A stretch of DNA of 64,000 nucleotides from Spartobacteria bacterium (lineage in GTDB: Bacteria; Verrucomicrobiota; Verrucomicrobiia; Chthoniobacterales; UBA6821). This document shows positions 52,382 through 61,316 of the stretch, one piece after another (position 1 is the first letter of the stretch; every line of letters starts with the position of its first letter). A model generated the notes under the pieces. It did not search any database. It worked only from the letters and a program-made list of their open reading frames with translations, and was not told the DNA's origin. The stretch lies in contig CANIVT010000001.1 of the NCBI GenBank assembly GCA_947471565.1, positions 407 through 64,406 of the forward strand, given 5' to 3'. The position numbers and the translations under genes were made by a program.

Positions 52382-53152
52382 ATGCGCCGATTGCTGCTCC
52401 TTCTTCTCCTTGGAGTGGGGCTGTCGGCCGGGTACCCCGCTAGGGCCGCCGAAACGCTCCCCCCGCCTCCTTCCCAATATGTCACCGACACGACGGGTGA
52501 CATTCCGGTGCCGTTAGTCGCACAACTCAACCGGCGTCTGGCCGATTTCGAGCGGCAGACCTCCAACCAGATCGTGGCGGTGGTCTCGCGCTCACTTCCG
52601 GCTGGAACAACCCAGGAGGAGTACGCCCAGAGCCTCTACCACGCCTGGAAGATCGGCTCAAAAAAGAACTCCAACGGGGTCCTGATCCTGATGTTCATCA
52701 ATGATAAAAAGGCATGGATCCAGACTGGATATGGACTGGAAGGAGCCCTCCCAGATGTCACGTGCAATCGCATTGTGAGGGAACAAATGTCACCGGCTTT
52801 CCGATCCGGAAACTACGGGGGAGCACTTGCTGCGAGTATCAATGCAGTAATGCAGGCAACCAAAGGAGAATACAAGGGGTCCGGGCAAGCAGCGAAACAT
52901 CCCGCGACCTTCAAGGATTTTCTCTTCTCTCCGCTGGGCTTTTTCCTCTTTGTGTTCGTGCTTTTGATGATCGTGAGCAGGAGTCGGCGTGACCTCGGTC
53001 CCGGGGGAGTGAATCCCGGTGCGGCCGCTGCGACGGGATTCTTCATCGGAGGGCTCGGAGGATGGGGAGGTGGTTCCGGCGGCGGTGACTCTGGCGGATT
53101 TTCTGGTGGCGGGGGTGATAGCGGTGGAGGCGGGGGTGGCGGAGATTTGTAA
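52382..53152 (+). CDS. TPM-domain (YgcG-like) membrane protein
   Basis: WKIG..NGVL, TGYGLEGALPD, Gly-rich tail GGFSGGGG.SGGGG. Confidence 0.9.
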   Translation: MRRLLLLLLLGVGLSAGYPARAAETLPPPPSQYVTDTTGDIPVPLVAQLNRRLADFERQTSNQIVAVVSRSLPAGTTQEEYAQSLYHAWKIGSKKNSNGVLILMFINDKKAWIQTGYGLEGALPDVTCNRIVREQMSPAFRSGNYGGALAASINAVMQATKGEYKGSGQAAKHPATFKDFLFSPLGFFLFVFVLLMIVSRSRRDLGPGGVNPGAAAATGFFIGGLGGWGGGSGGGDSGGFSGGGGDSGGGGGGGDL

Positions 53153-53192
53153 CAATGCACCTCACGGAAGCGCAGCGGAGGCTGGCAATGCC

Positions 53193-53921
53193 ATGAAGAA
53201 GGTTTTTCTCAAATCGAAGAAGTGGGAGGAGTATCGCCATCTGATCGGTGGACTCATCCTGCTCACGCTCATTTTTCTTGGATATATCATCCCCACCATC
53301 ATCACGCTCACGATGATGCTGTTCGTCTCCTGGATGGCGATCATCTCTTTTACCGGGTTCCGTACCGCGCTGATTGTTTCGGGCGGGAGTTTCCTGATCC
53401 GATTAGCCCTCTTTGCCTTGGATAAGGGCAAAATGGTAGGGGGATTTTCCACGGGGTGGATGGAGTCGTTGGAGGTCTCCCTCGAGAACTGCGTGCTTGT
53501 TTCGATGGTTTTCGGTGTCGTGATCTGGATCAGGAAAATTCTCCACTCGAAGCGGGCCGGATTCGACGAAGTGCTTGGCGCCATCAATCTCTACATCTGG
53601 ATCGCGATCATCTACGCCTGCCTTTACAGCATTATATCGCGGAGTGCGCCGGATTCCTTTCATCTCGATGCGCAGTTGGCTTCGGGAACGGACATTGAGC
53701 AGATCAAGCACAACTTCAACGAAGTCTTCTATTTCAGCTTCATTACGCAGACGACGCTTGGATACGGCGACATTGTCCCGGTGGGGCATCTGGCCCGCTC
53801 GCTCGCGATCTCCCAGGCCATCATCGGGCAGTTCTACGTGGCGGTGGTGCTGGCCTACATTCTTAATCTCTGGATCAGGGATCTTGGTCACCATGTCGAC
53901 AAAGCACAAACTCCCGAATAG
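53193..53921 (+). CDS. Potassium channel family protein (Ion_trans_2 pore)
   Basis: YFSFITQTTLGYGDIVP selectivity filter and multiple TMs. Confidence 0.88.
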   Translation: MKKVFLKSKKWEEYRHLIGGLILLTLIFLGYIIPTIITLTMMLFVSWMAIISFTGFRTALIVSGGSFLIRLALFALDKGKMVGGFSTGWMESLEVSLENCVLVSMVFGVVIWIRKILHSKRAGFDEVLGAINLYIWIAIIYACLYSIISRSAPDSFHLDAQLASGTDIEQIKHNFNEVFYFSFITQTTLGYGDIVPVGHLARSLAISQAIIGQFYVAVVLAYILNLWIRDLGHHVDKAQTPE

Positions 53922-54009
53922 GTAGCGGGTACCACTTGGCCCGGACCAACAAATCAAGGGGAGACAATAGGTTCGACACGGAACCCATTTTCTCTACTCT
54001 CAAGTTTAT

Positions 54010-54058
54010 CCCCCTTCTTGCTCCACGCCTTGTGGAATCAGGAGGGGGCTTTCATTTT
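54010..54058 (+). terminator. Terminator-like hairpin immediately upstream of ppa
   Basis: CCCCCTTCTTG-CTCCAC..GTGGA-ATCAGGAGGGGG followed by CTTTCATTTT. Confidence 0.45.
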
Positions 54059-54075
54059 CCAGCAACAAGTTTGCC

Positions 54076-54675
54076 ATGACCAAGATTCCAGACCCCTACG
54101 AGCAGAGTGCCCCCAATATCTGGCATGACGTCACAGCTGGCTCCGAGACCTCGTCGGGTATTGTCCGCTGCATCATCGAGATCCCGATGGGAAGCTCCAA
54201 CAAGTACGAATTGGATAAGGAAACCGGACTGTTGAAGCTAGACCGCGTCCTCTACTCCGCCGTCTACTACCCGGCCAACTACGGTTTTATTCCTCAGACA
54301 CTTGCTGACGATGGCGATCCGCTCGATGTTCTCGTGCTTGGGGCCGAGCCGGTTTATCCCCTGACACTGGTTACAGCACGGGTGATCGGCCTCATGGTCA
54401 TGAAGGATCAGGACGAACTCGATCACAAGCTTATCGCCGTTCCCTTGGGAGATCCGGAGTTTCATAACTGCAAGGACGTCCACGATCTTCCGGCTCACCG
54501 TTTGGCCGTCATCAAGCGCTTCTTCGAGGACTACAAGATCCTCGAGAACAAGTCCGTGATCGTCGACGACATCCTTCCGGCCAAGGAGGCTCTGCCTGTT
54601 ATCGCCGAATCCCTGGAGATCTACAGGACCTGGCGCTCAGGAGGTCAGGTTGTCCTGAATCAGCCGAAGGGCTGA
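54076..54675 (+). CDS. ppa: Soluble inorganic pyrophosphatase, family I
   Basis: EIP.GS..KYE, YPANYGFIP.T..DDGDPLDV, FF..YK. Confidence 0.96.
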   Translation: MTKIPDPYEQSAPNIWHDVTAGSETSSGIVRCIIEIPMGSSNKYELDKETGLLKLDRVLYSAVYYPANYGFIPQTLADDGDPLDVLVLGAEPVYPLTLVTARVIGLMVMKDQDELDHKLIAVPLGDPEFHNCKDVHDLPAHRLAVIKRFFEDYKILENKSVIVDDILPAKEALPVIAESLEIYRTWRSGGQVVLNQPKG

Positions 54676-54880
54676 TCCTTTGCCTTTCCAGGCGGGCTCC
54701 TTCCGATGGGTTTGGAGCTTAGTATTCAGAGGTCGTCAGTGTGCCGAGATTGCTGGACAAGCCTGTCGATTTGCATTGGATTAATCCCTTCCCATGGGAG
54801 CCCCCCTTCATGGATGAGACCGTCGGGCAGGTTGCCTGCGTCATTCTGAAGGAAGGGGATTTTGAGGGAACCCACATTCT

Positions 54881-57109
54881 ATGGAACATTTCATCTACAT
54901 CATTCCCGTGCTCGGCCTCGTCGGCCTGATCTACCGAACCATTCTTTCCGGGTGGGTCGTGAAGCAGGACGCCGGTGACGCCAAGATGAGCGGCATCGCG
55001 GGGCACATCGCCGAGGGCGCCATGGCCTTCCTCAAGGCCGAGTACCGCATCCTCGCCATCTATGTCGTGCTCGCCGGCATCGGACTCGGGGTTCTCTCGC
55101 AGGTCCCTAAGGTGGCAGCCCACTCCAGCGTGCTGATCGTCGCCGGATTCGTTGTCGGATGTTTCTTTTCGGCCCTTGCCGGATTCCTCGGGATGAAAAT
55201 CGCCACCAAGGCGAACGTTCGCACGACCCAGGCCGCAAAGACCTCGCTGGCCAAGGCCCTGAAGGTCTCCTTCGGTGGCGGTGCCGTCATGGGACTCGGC
55301 GTGGCGGGACTCGCGGTCCTGGGCCTCAGCTCCCTTTTCATCCTCTTCTTCCTCAAGTTCATGGGGGGTAGCTTTGCCAACGGGGGCTATGTGGAGATGA
55401 CCCGCGTCCTCGAGGTCCTGGCAGGATTCTCACTCGGCGCCGAGTCGATCGCCCTCTTCGCTCGCGTGGGAGGCGGCATCTACACCAAGGCAGCCGACGT
55501 CGGCGCCGACCTGGTCGGCAAGGTTGAGGCGGGCATTCCCGAGGATGATCCGCGCAACCCCGCCACCATCGCCGATAACGTCGGTGACAACGTCGGCGAT
55601 GTCGCCGGCATGGGCGCTGATCTTTTCGGCTCCTACGTGGCCACCGTGCTCGCCTCCATGGTGCTCGGAAACTACATCATCCGCGACAATGGTGGCGCAA
55701 TTGCCGATGCCTTCGGTGGTATCGGTCCGATCGTTTTGCCCATGGCCATTGCCGGCATCGGCATTCTGGCCTCGATCGTTGGCACATGGTTCGTGAGCAT
55801 CCCCGAAAAGGCCGGCAACAGCACCGTTGCGGTGCAGGGTGCCCTGAACAAGGGAAACAATCTCTCCATGCTGCTCGCCCTTGTGGGCTCCTACTTCCTG
55901 ATCAAGGCGATGCTCCCCGCCTCGATCAAGATGAGCGTCTTCAATGCCGGCAAATTCAACGAGATCACCACCAGTTCGACGAACGTCTTCTGGTCTGTCT
56001 GCATCGGCATGGCGGTCGGTTACCTGATCTCCTTCATCACCGAGCACTTCACTGGCCTCGGCGGCAAGCCCGTCGCCGGTATTGTCCAGAAGTCCGCAAC
56101 CGGCACTGCGACCAACATCATCGCGGGACTCGGCACGGGTATGTATTCGACTGCCTATCCGGTCCTCATCTTTGCCGCCGCGATCTGGGGTTCCTACACG
56201 CTGGCCGGCTTCTACGGCGTCGGCATCGCCGCCTCCGCCATGATGGCCACGACTGCCATGCAGCTCGCGATCGACGCCTTCGGGCCGATCGCCGATAATG
56301 CCGGCGGTATCGCCGAGATGAGCGAGTTGCCGAAGGAGGTCCGCGAGAAGACTGATATCCTCGACTCCGTTGGAAACACCACAGCAGCAGTCGGCAAGGG
56401 CTTTGCGATTGCCTCGGCTGCACTCACCGCGCTGGCTCTTTTCGCCGCTTACGTCACCCTTACCGGCATCCAGGGAATCAATATTTTTGACGCCAAGGTG
56501 CTCGCCGCACTCTTCATCGGTGGCATGATCCCGGTCGTCTTCTCCGCGCTCGCCATGAACAGCGTTGGTAAGGCTGCCATGGACATGGTCAACGAGGTGC
56601 GTCGCCAGTTCCGCGAGATTCCCGGTATCCTGGAGGGAACCGGCAAGCCCGAGTACGGCAAGTGTGTTGAGATCTCCACCAAGGCCGCCCTCCGCGAGAT
56701 GCTCGCCCCCGGCATCATCACGCTGGTCACCCCGGTCCTCATCGGTCTCTTCATGGGCCCCGAGGCCCTCGGAGCCTACATGGCCGGCGTCACCGTCAGC
56801 GGTGTCCTCTGGGCAATCTTCCAGAACAATGCCGGTGGTGCTTGGGACAACGCCAAGAAGTCCTTCGAGGCCGGTGCCGAAATCGAGGTCAACGGCAAGA
56901 AGGAGATCTTCTACAAGAAGTCCGAGCCGCATAAGGCCGCCGTCGTTGGCGACACCGTGGGCGATCCGTTCAAGGACACCTCCGGCCCCTCGATGAACAT
57001 CCTCATCAAGCTCTCCTCGCTCGTCGGTCTGACGATCGCCCCGCTCATCGCGGTGAACGGGCACGAGACCACGGCGATTGTCCGCTGGATCCAGAGCTTC
57101 TTCGCGTAA
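54881..57109 (+). CDS. hppA: Membrane ion-translocating pyrophosphatase (K+-dependent type)
   Basis: GGGIYTKAADVGADLVGKVE, EDDPRN, DNVGDNVGD, GNTTAA, GDTVGDPFKDTSGP. Confidence 0.97.
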   Translation: MEHFIYIIPVLGLVGLIYRTILSGWVVKQDAGDAKMSGIAGHIAEGAMAFLKAEYRILAIYVVLAGIGLGVLSQVPKVAAHSSVLIVAGFVVGCFFSALAGFLGMKIATKANVRTTQAAKTSLAKALKVSFGGGAVMGLGVAGLAVLGLSSLFILFFLKFMGGSFANGGYVEMTRVLEVLAGFSLGAESIALFARVGGGIYTKAADVGADLVGKVEAGIPEDDPRNPATIADNVGDNVGDVAGMGADLFGSYVATVLASMVLGNYIIRDNGGAIADAFGGIGPIVLPMAIAGIGILASIVGTWFVSIPEKAGNSTVAVQGALNKGNNLSMLLALVGSYFLIKAMLPASIKMSVFNAGKFNEITTSSTNVFWSVCIGMAVGYLISFITEHFTGLGGKPVAGIVQKSATGTATNIIAGLGTGMYSTAYPVLIFAAAIWGSYTLAGFYGVGIAASAMMATTAMQLAIDAFGPIADNAGGIAEMSELPKEVREKTDILDSVGNTTAAVGKGFAIASAALTALALFAAYVTLTGIQGINIFDAKVLAALFIGGMIPVVFSALAMNSVGKAAMDMVNEVRRQFREIPGILEGTGKPEYGKCVEISTKAALREMLAPGIITLVTPVLIGLFMGPEALGAYMAGVTVSGVLWAIFQNNAGGAWDNAKKSFEAGAEIEVNGKKEIFYKKSEPHKAAVVGDTVGDPFKDTSGPSMNILIKLSSLVGLTIAPLIAVNGHETTAIVRWIQSFFA

Positions 57110-57126
57110 GAAAAGTCTTTCACATC

Positions 57127-57164
57127 AAAGGCGCTGCTCCGAGAGGAGTAGCGCCTTTTTTGTT
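57127..57164 (+). terminator. Rho-independent terminator after hppA
   Basis: AAAGGCGCTGCTCC-gaga-GGAGTAGCGCC-TTTTTTGTT. Confidence 0.85.
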
Positions 57165-57184
57165 GGGCGGAAGGCAAGAGAATC

Positions 57185-57210
57185 TCGCGCGGAGACGCAG
57201 AGGCGCGGAG
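57185..57210. repeat. Solo arm of the CGCAGAGGC nonamer element
   Basis: CGCGCGGAGACGCAGAGGCGCGGAG with no partner arm visible; another degenerate solo arm lies near 32084-32101. Confidence 0.65.
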
Positions 57211-57290
57211 TGGGGATGAGGCCGTTAGACTGAAGACTGGTAGGCTTATGTCCAAGTGAGTCGTGGCCACAAGCCACAACGCTGATGTAC

Positions 57291-57498
57291 GCTGAACGAG
57301 ATCGAGATGAAGAATTAGGCGTGCGAATGATGCCGTAGCTGTGACCTACGGCGAGCGAACTGCAACGCAGTAATCCGCCCGAGTCCGTCAGTTTTCGGTA
57401 TGTGGATTTTAGATGCGGAGTAAGGCGAGCAAGGGAAGCCGTAGTCGGACCTACGGCGACCGCAGGTCAACAAAGCTCCGCGCGAAAAGCCGCTACCG
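57291..57498 (-). repeat. Structured ~100-nt repeat, tandem copies C (57291-57392) and D (57396-57498)
   Basis: Each has GCCGTAG-N-CTACGGC and the reverse complement of the blocks in copies A and B; D overlaps the nuoD stop. Confidence 0.75.
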
Positions 57499-58779
57499 GT
57501 CGCATTCGCCGAAGACCATGTCGACCGATCCCAGGATCGTGACGACGTCTCCGACCATGTGTCCGGGGAGTAGCTTCGGGATGATACTCAGATTAACGAA
57601 CGAAGGGGCGCGGATATGCAGGCGGTTGGGAACTCCGCCTCCAAGGCTGTGAATGTAAAAGCCGAGCTCGCCCTTGGGGTTTTCCGCGCCGAAATAGACT
57701 TCGCCTGCCGGGGCATCGATTCCTTCGGTCGTGATGATGAAATGGTGGATGAGTTGCTCCATTTTCTGGAGGACCTCCTCCTTCACGGGGAGGGTGCTTT
57801 TCCCGTCGACGACATTCACCGGGCCACCGGGAATGGTGTCGATCGCCTGCCGCAGGATCCTGAGGCTCTGGCGCATCTCCTCGATGCGGACGAGGTAGCG
57901 ATCAAAGCAGTCGCCCACGGAACCGACGGGGATATCAAATTCATACTTCTCGTAGTCGAGGTAGGGTCGGGCCTTACGAACGTCGTACTCGACTCCTGAG
58001 CCACGGAGCATGGGGCCGGTCAGACCGTAGGCGATGGCGTCATCCTTTGAAATGACGCCGACATTCTTCGTCCGGTCGATGAAGATCGGGTTGCGGGTCA
58101 GCAAGCTCGTGATCTCGTCCAGCGCGCGAGGGAAGCTGTCGAGGAAAGCGTAGAGTTGGTCGGGGAACTTCTCCGGTAGATCTCGGATCTGGCCACCGAC
58201 GCGAGTGTAGCTCGTGGTGAAGCGGGCCCCGGTGAGCAATTCGCACAGATTGTAGATCTTCTCGCGCTCGGTGAAGGTGAAGAGGAAGACGGAGATCGCG
58301 CCGATGTCCATGGAGCTGGCTCCGAGGCCGAGCAGGTGTGCGGAAATGCGTGCCAGCTCGCAGCAGATGACGCGGATGGCCTTGCCTCGGGCGGGAAGTT
58401 CCCAGCCCATGAGTTTCTCAACGGCGCAGGCGTAGGCGACGTTATTGGCCAGAGGGGCGAGGTAGTCAAGGCGGTCCGTGTAGGGCACGAACTGGTTGTA
58501 CTGCATGTTTTCGGCGATCTTCTCGTCGCCTCGATGCAGGTAGCCGACCTCGGGCTTGGCCTTCACGATCAATTCTCCGTCGAGGTCGAGCACGATGCGG
58601 AACACGCCGTGGGTCGAGGGGTGCGAGGGGCCGAAGTTCAGCGACATCGTCTCGCCGAGCAGTTCACTGGTGGGAACATGGGCCGCGTTGGCCGGATCTT
58701 TCAGAATCTGCTGGGTGCGGCCAAGGGCGTCGGGGGCCTCGAAAACGGTGGTCGTGCTCACGGGCGATGATTCAATCAT
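57493..58779 (-). CDS. nuoD: NADH-quinone oxidoreductase subunit D
   Basis: NFGPSHPSTHGV.R, GYLHRG.EK, DRLDY, GPMLRGSG, ENPKGE, GECDR. Confidence 0.96.
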   Translation of the reverse strand: MIESSPVSTTTVFEAPDALGRTQQILKDPANAAHVPTSELLGETMSLNFGPSHPSTHGVFRIVLDLDGELIVKAKPEVGYLHRGDEKIAENMQYNQFVPYTDRLDYLAPLANNVAYACAVEKLMGWELPARGKAIRVICCELARISAHLLGLGASSMDIGAISVFLFTFTEREKIYNLCELLTGARFTTSYTRVGGQIRDLPEKFPDQLYAFLDSFPRALDEITSLLTRNPIFIDRTKNVGVISKDDAIAYGLTGPMLRGSGVEYDVRKARPYLDYEKYEFDIPVGSVGDCFDRYLVRIEEMRQSLRILRQAIDTIPGGPVNVVDGKSTLPVKEEVLQKMEQLIHHFIITTEGIDAPAGEVYFGAENPKGELGFYIHSLGGGVPNRLHIRAPSFVNLSIIPKLLPGHMVGDVVTILGSVDMVFGECDR

Positions 58780-58823
58780 GAAGGGGGCGCCGCGTCCAAC
58801 GCCTTCTTGTCCCCACGTCGACT

Positions 58824-59852
58824 TCAGTGAGTCCTCCCGGCGAGGGGAGGGGCTTTCAGGAACGAGGCGATCCCGTCCCAGGAGCGGGAGAACTGAGCGC
58901 CAACCGGCAGGATGTGGCCGATTTCGTGAATGACTTCCAGTCGGCTTCTTGGGATTGCAGAGAACCGTTTTCGGAGCGACTCATACGGGGTAGCCGTTGC
59001 ATGCTCCCCGGTCAGCACGAGCAGGGGACAGCTGATCCGGAGGGATGACGCAGGGGGAATGTCCTTCAACTCCGCGTTATCATTGATGATTCCGTGTTCC
59101 CTGGGGGATAGGGGAGTCACGCTGAGGGCCAGTCCCTTCAGGAAGGCCTGCTGATCAGGGTCCCTCATCACGAGGGAAGCGATTGTCTCCCGTCCGCTAG
59201 GGCGGAGGGAGGACCCGATCCCCGTCATCTCGGCGAAGAGTTTGCGGGGACTCCATACGGTACGCAGGGAAAGCAACCAACAGCCGATATCCCCGGTGAG
59301 ATCGTGAAACAGCCGGTATCCAATCGATGCGATCGGGGAGAATCCAAGGCTTTCGCCAGGAGGGGAGAGCAGAACCAGCGAAGAGACCTGTTCCGGATGC
59401 TGTGAGGCGAGTTGCAAGGCGCAGTCACTTCCTTCCGATACCCCAAGCACGCTGCAGATCGTGATGCCTCTTTGTGTGAGCAGTTCCGAAATCGCGTCGG
59501 CCTGTTCTGTAAACGTGGCTCCCGTGGCCAGAGGGGTCCTTAGGTATCCCGGACGAGACACGGAAAGAACGCGGAAACCACGGCGGATCAGTTCCTTCCC
59601 GTAGATCAGGCCCTGATCATAGCCACCGGGGGAACCGTGGATGACCAGCACGGCGGGCCCGTCTCCTCGTTCCGCGAATTCCATCACTCCCTGTGAGAGA
59701 AGAGTGGTTCCGGAACCGGCCTCCAGCTCCGCCAGCCGTCGGCTTTTCCAGCCGCTAAAGAGCCCTCCCAGACCGAGCAAAAGAACCGCGATCGCCAACA
59801 TGCTGATCCAGAAAGCGGTCGGGAAGGGGCGTTTTCGTCCGTGACGGCTCAT
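58824..59852 (-). CDS. Membrane-anchored alpha/beta hydrolase
   Basis: HGSPGG, SRPGY, GVSEG nucleophile elbow, GH. Confidence 0.85.
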   Translation of the reverse strand: MSRHGRKRPFPTAFWISMLAIAVLLLGLGGLFSGWKSRRLAELEAGSGTTLLSQGVMEFAERGDGPAVLVIHGSPGGYDQGLIYGKELIRRGFRVLSVSRPGYLRTPLATGATFTEQADAISELLTQRGITICSVLGVSEGSDCALQLASQHPEQVSSLVLLSPPGESLGFSPIASIGYRLFHDLTGDIGCWLLSLRTVWSPRKLFAEMTGIGSSLRPSGRETIASLVMRDPDQQAFLKGLALSVTPLSPREHGIINDNAELKDIPPASSLRISCPLLVLTGEHATATPYESLRKRFSAIPRSRLEVIHEIGHILPVGAQFSRSWDGIASFLKAPPLAGRTH

Positions 59853-59889
59853 CGGCTCAAGGTCTAGTGGGGAGTTCCTTTCCGTGAAT

Positions 59890-59962
59890 TAGGGGCACCT
59901 GGATTTGAACCAGGGACCAACCAGTTATGAGCCGGCTGCTCTAACCGCTGAGCTATACCCCC
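59890..59962 (-). tRNA. tRNA with CAU anticodon, most likely tRNA-Ile2 (lysidine); CCA not encoded
   Basis: GGGGGTA-TA-GCTCAGCGGTTAGAGC-A-GCCGG-CTCATAA-CTGGT-TGGTC-CCTGG-TTCAAAT-CCAGG-TGCCCCT-A cloverleaf; resembles ileX-type rather than fMet. Confidence 0.9.
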
Positions 59963-60109
59963 GTGAAAGAAGCGAGATCCTAGGCAACAGAAAGGCCGAG
60001 GTCATGCCGAAAATGAGCATTGTTGGAGACGGAAGGGTTAACCCGGATTTTGTGATGGAGCGGCGATAACGGATTCGGACACTTCACTAGGACGGTGTGT
60101 CCGTCCGGG

Positions 60110-60280
60110 GTTAAAACGTGAAAGCGTTAAAAAGTTAAAAAGGGACTGAATCCAATCAGAGTGAAGCGGGAATGGCACCCCTCCAGTGCATCTTGTGGCC
60201 AGTTGTATCCGTCTGTCCGCTGGACTCCCATCTCCACGTTGTAACGTTGTAACCTTGTAACGGTTCTAACCCTTTTAACT
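60110..60280. repeat. Octamer-period (GTTAAAAA-type) inverted-repeat element
   Basis: gttaaaac-gtgaaagc-gttaaaaa-gttaaaaa ... gttgtaac-gttgtaac-cttgtaac-ggttctaac-ccttttaac. Confidence 0.75.
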
Positions 60281-60290
60281 CAGTTTCCCC

Positions 60291-61316
60291 TCACTGCTGA
60301 GAGAGCGCCGCCTCACTCGGAACAGGGACGCAACGGAGGGTAACGCGCCGCAGTTCCCCGCTTCGTGAGAGAACGATTCGGACATCCTGTCCCGCCGTCA
60401 GGTAAAACGAGGATTCCAGGACCTCCTGAGGCATGTGGATCGATCTGTCCCCCACGGCGAGGAGTGAATCACCGGGACGAATTCCTGCCCTTTCCGCAGG
60501 GCTACCCGGCTCGACTGCGGCGATCCGTGTACGGGAGTTCCCCTCAGGCACCGCAGCCTCCTCGACCACGGCACCGATCCAGCCGGGGTTGATTTTTCCG
60601 AAGCGGAGAAGATCACCATGCAGTTTCTCCACGGCAGCCGCCGGGAGGATTGCACACGAATCGTCCGCCAATCCCGTGCGCACCACGATACCGGCGAATT
60701 TCCCCGATAGGTCGAAGACCGGCGTTCCCGGGTGGCTTCCCACCGTGGGGAGCAGTGCAGTATGCAGGGAAACCGGGAAGAATCTCTCCCCGTCGTGGTC
60801 AATATTCCTCCCCGTGAAACCCAACAGCGGCAGGGTCAAGGTTCCGCTTCCGGAAGCCGTCGTTGCAAGTGCAGCCACGGGAGAGTTGACCGGAAGGATT
60901 GCCGAGGGAAAGGGTGAGATGAAGGAAGGGGCCGCGACCGAAGTTCTGAGGAAGGCGATGCCCGTCCGCTCATCGGCAAAAATCAGCGATGCCGGTAGTG
61001 CCTTGCCCCCCCTTTCAATTTCGATTCCGTTGCCGCCGCGAATGAAATCAGAAAGCGTGCAGACGGTCCCTGCCGGATCAATCAGAAATCCGGTTCCATT
61101 GATCTCGCCGGCCTCGTCTCGGCAACGGATCCGGACGAGGGTTTGGGATTTTTCCCTACCGATCCTGGAGAGAACAGAGGAGACCTCCGAGGAAAGCTTG
61201 GAGTCATCCCTGGATGGAGAGGACTGCAGCGGCCCCAAGGAGACAACACCGAGTGCCAGAATCGCCGGTATCCTGCCTACCGGGAAGAGAGTTTCAAAAG
61301 CTAAGCGGCGACTCAT
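60291..61316 (-). CDS. HtrA/S1C-like trypsin + PDZ protein with degenerate catalytic motifs
   Basis: GTGFLID, PVFDLSG..AGI, GWIG, VEPGSPAERAGIRPGD (PDZ). Confidence 0.8.
   Translation of the reverse strand: MSRRLAFETLFPVGRIPAILALGVVSLGPLQSSPSRDDSKLSSEVSSVLSRIGREKSQTLVRIRCRDEAGEINGTGFLIDPAGTVCTLSDFIRGGNGIEIERGGKALPASLIFADERTGIAFLRTSVAAPSFISPFPSAILPVNSPVAALATTASGSGTLTLPLLGFTGRNIDHDGERFFPVSLHTALLPTVGSHPGTPVFDLSGKFAGIVVRTGLADDSCAILPAAAVEKLHGDLLRFGKINPGWIGAVVEEAAVPEGNSRTRIAAVEPGSPAERAGIRPGDSLLAVGDRSIHMPQEVLESSFYLTAGQDVRIVLSRSGELRRVTLRCVPVPSEAALSQQ

Noticed and set aside
53040-53150. G-rich GGC/GGT repeats
   Set aside because: They encode the Gly-rich tail normal for TPM-domain proteins
53922-54075. 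Fluoride or other known riboswitch upstream of ppa
   Set aside because: No recognisable consensus; only a terminator-like hairpin is supported
57291-57498. Tandem hairpin repeats considered as a mini-CRISPR
   Set aside because: Only two divergent ~100-nt units, no identical repeats with unique spacers, and no cas genes
59890-60290. tRNA as an integration site for an island or prophage
   Set aside because: No integrase and no duplicated tRNA 3' end seen in the window
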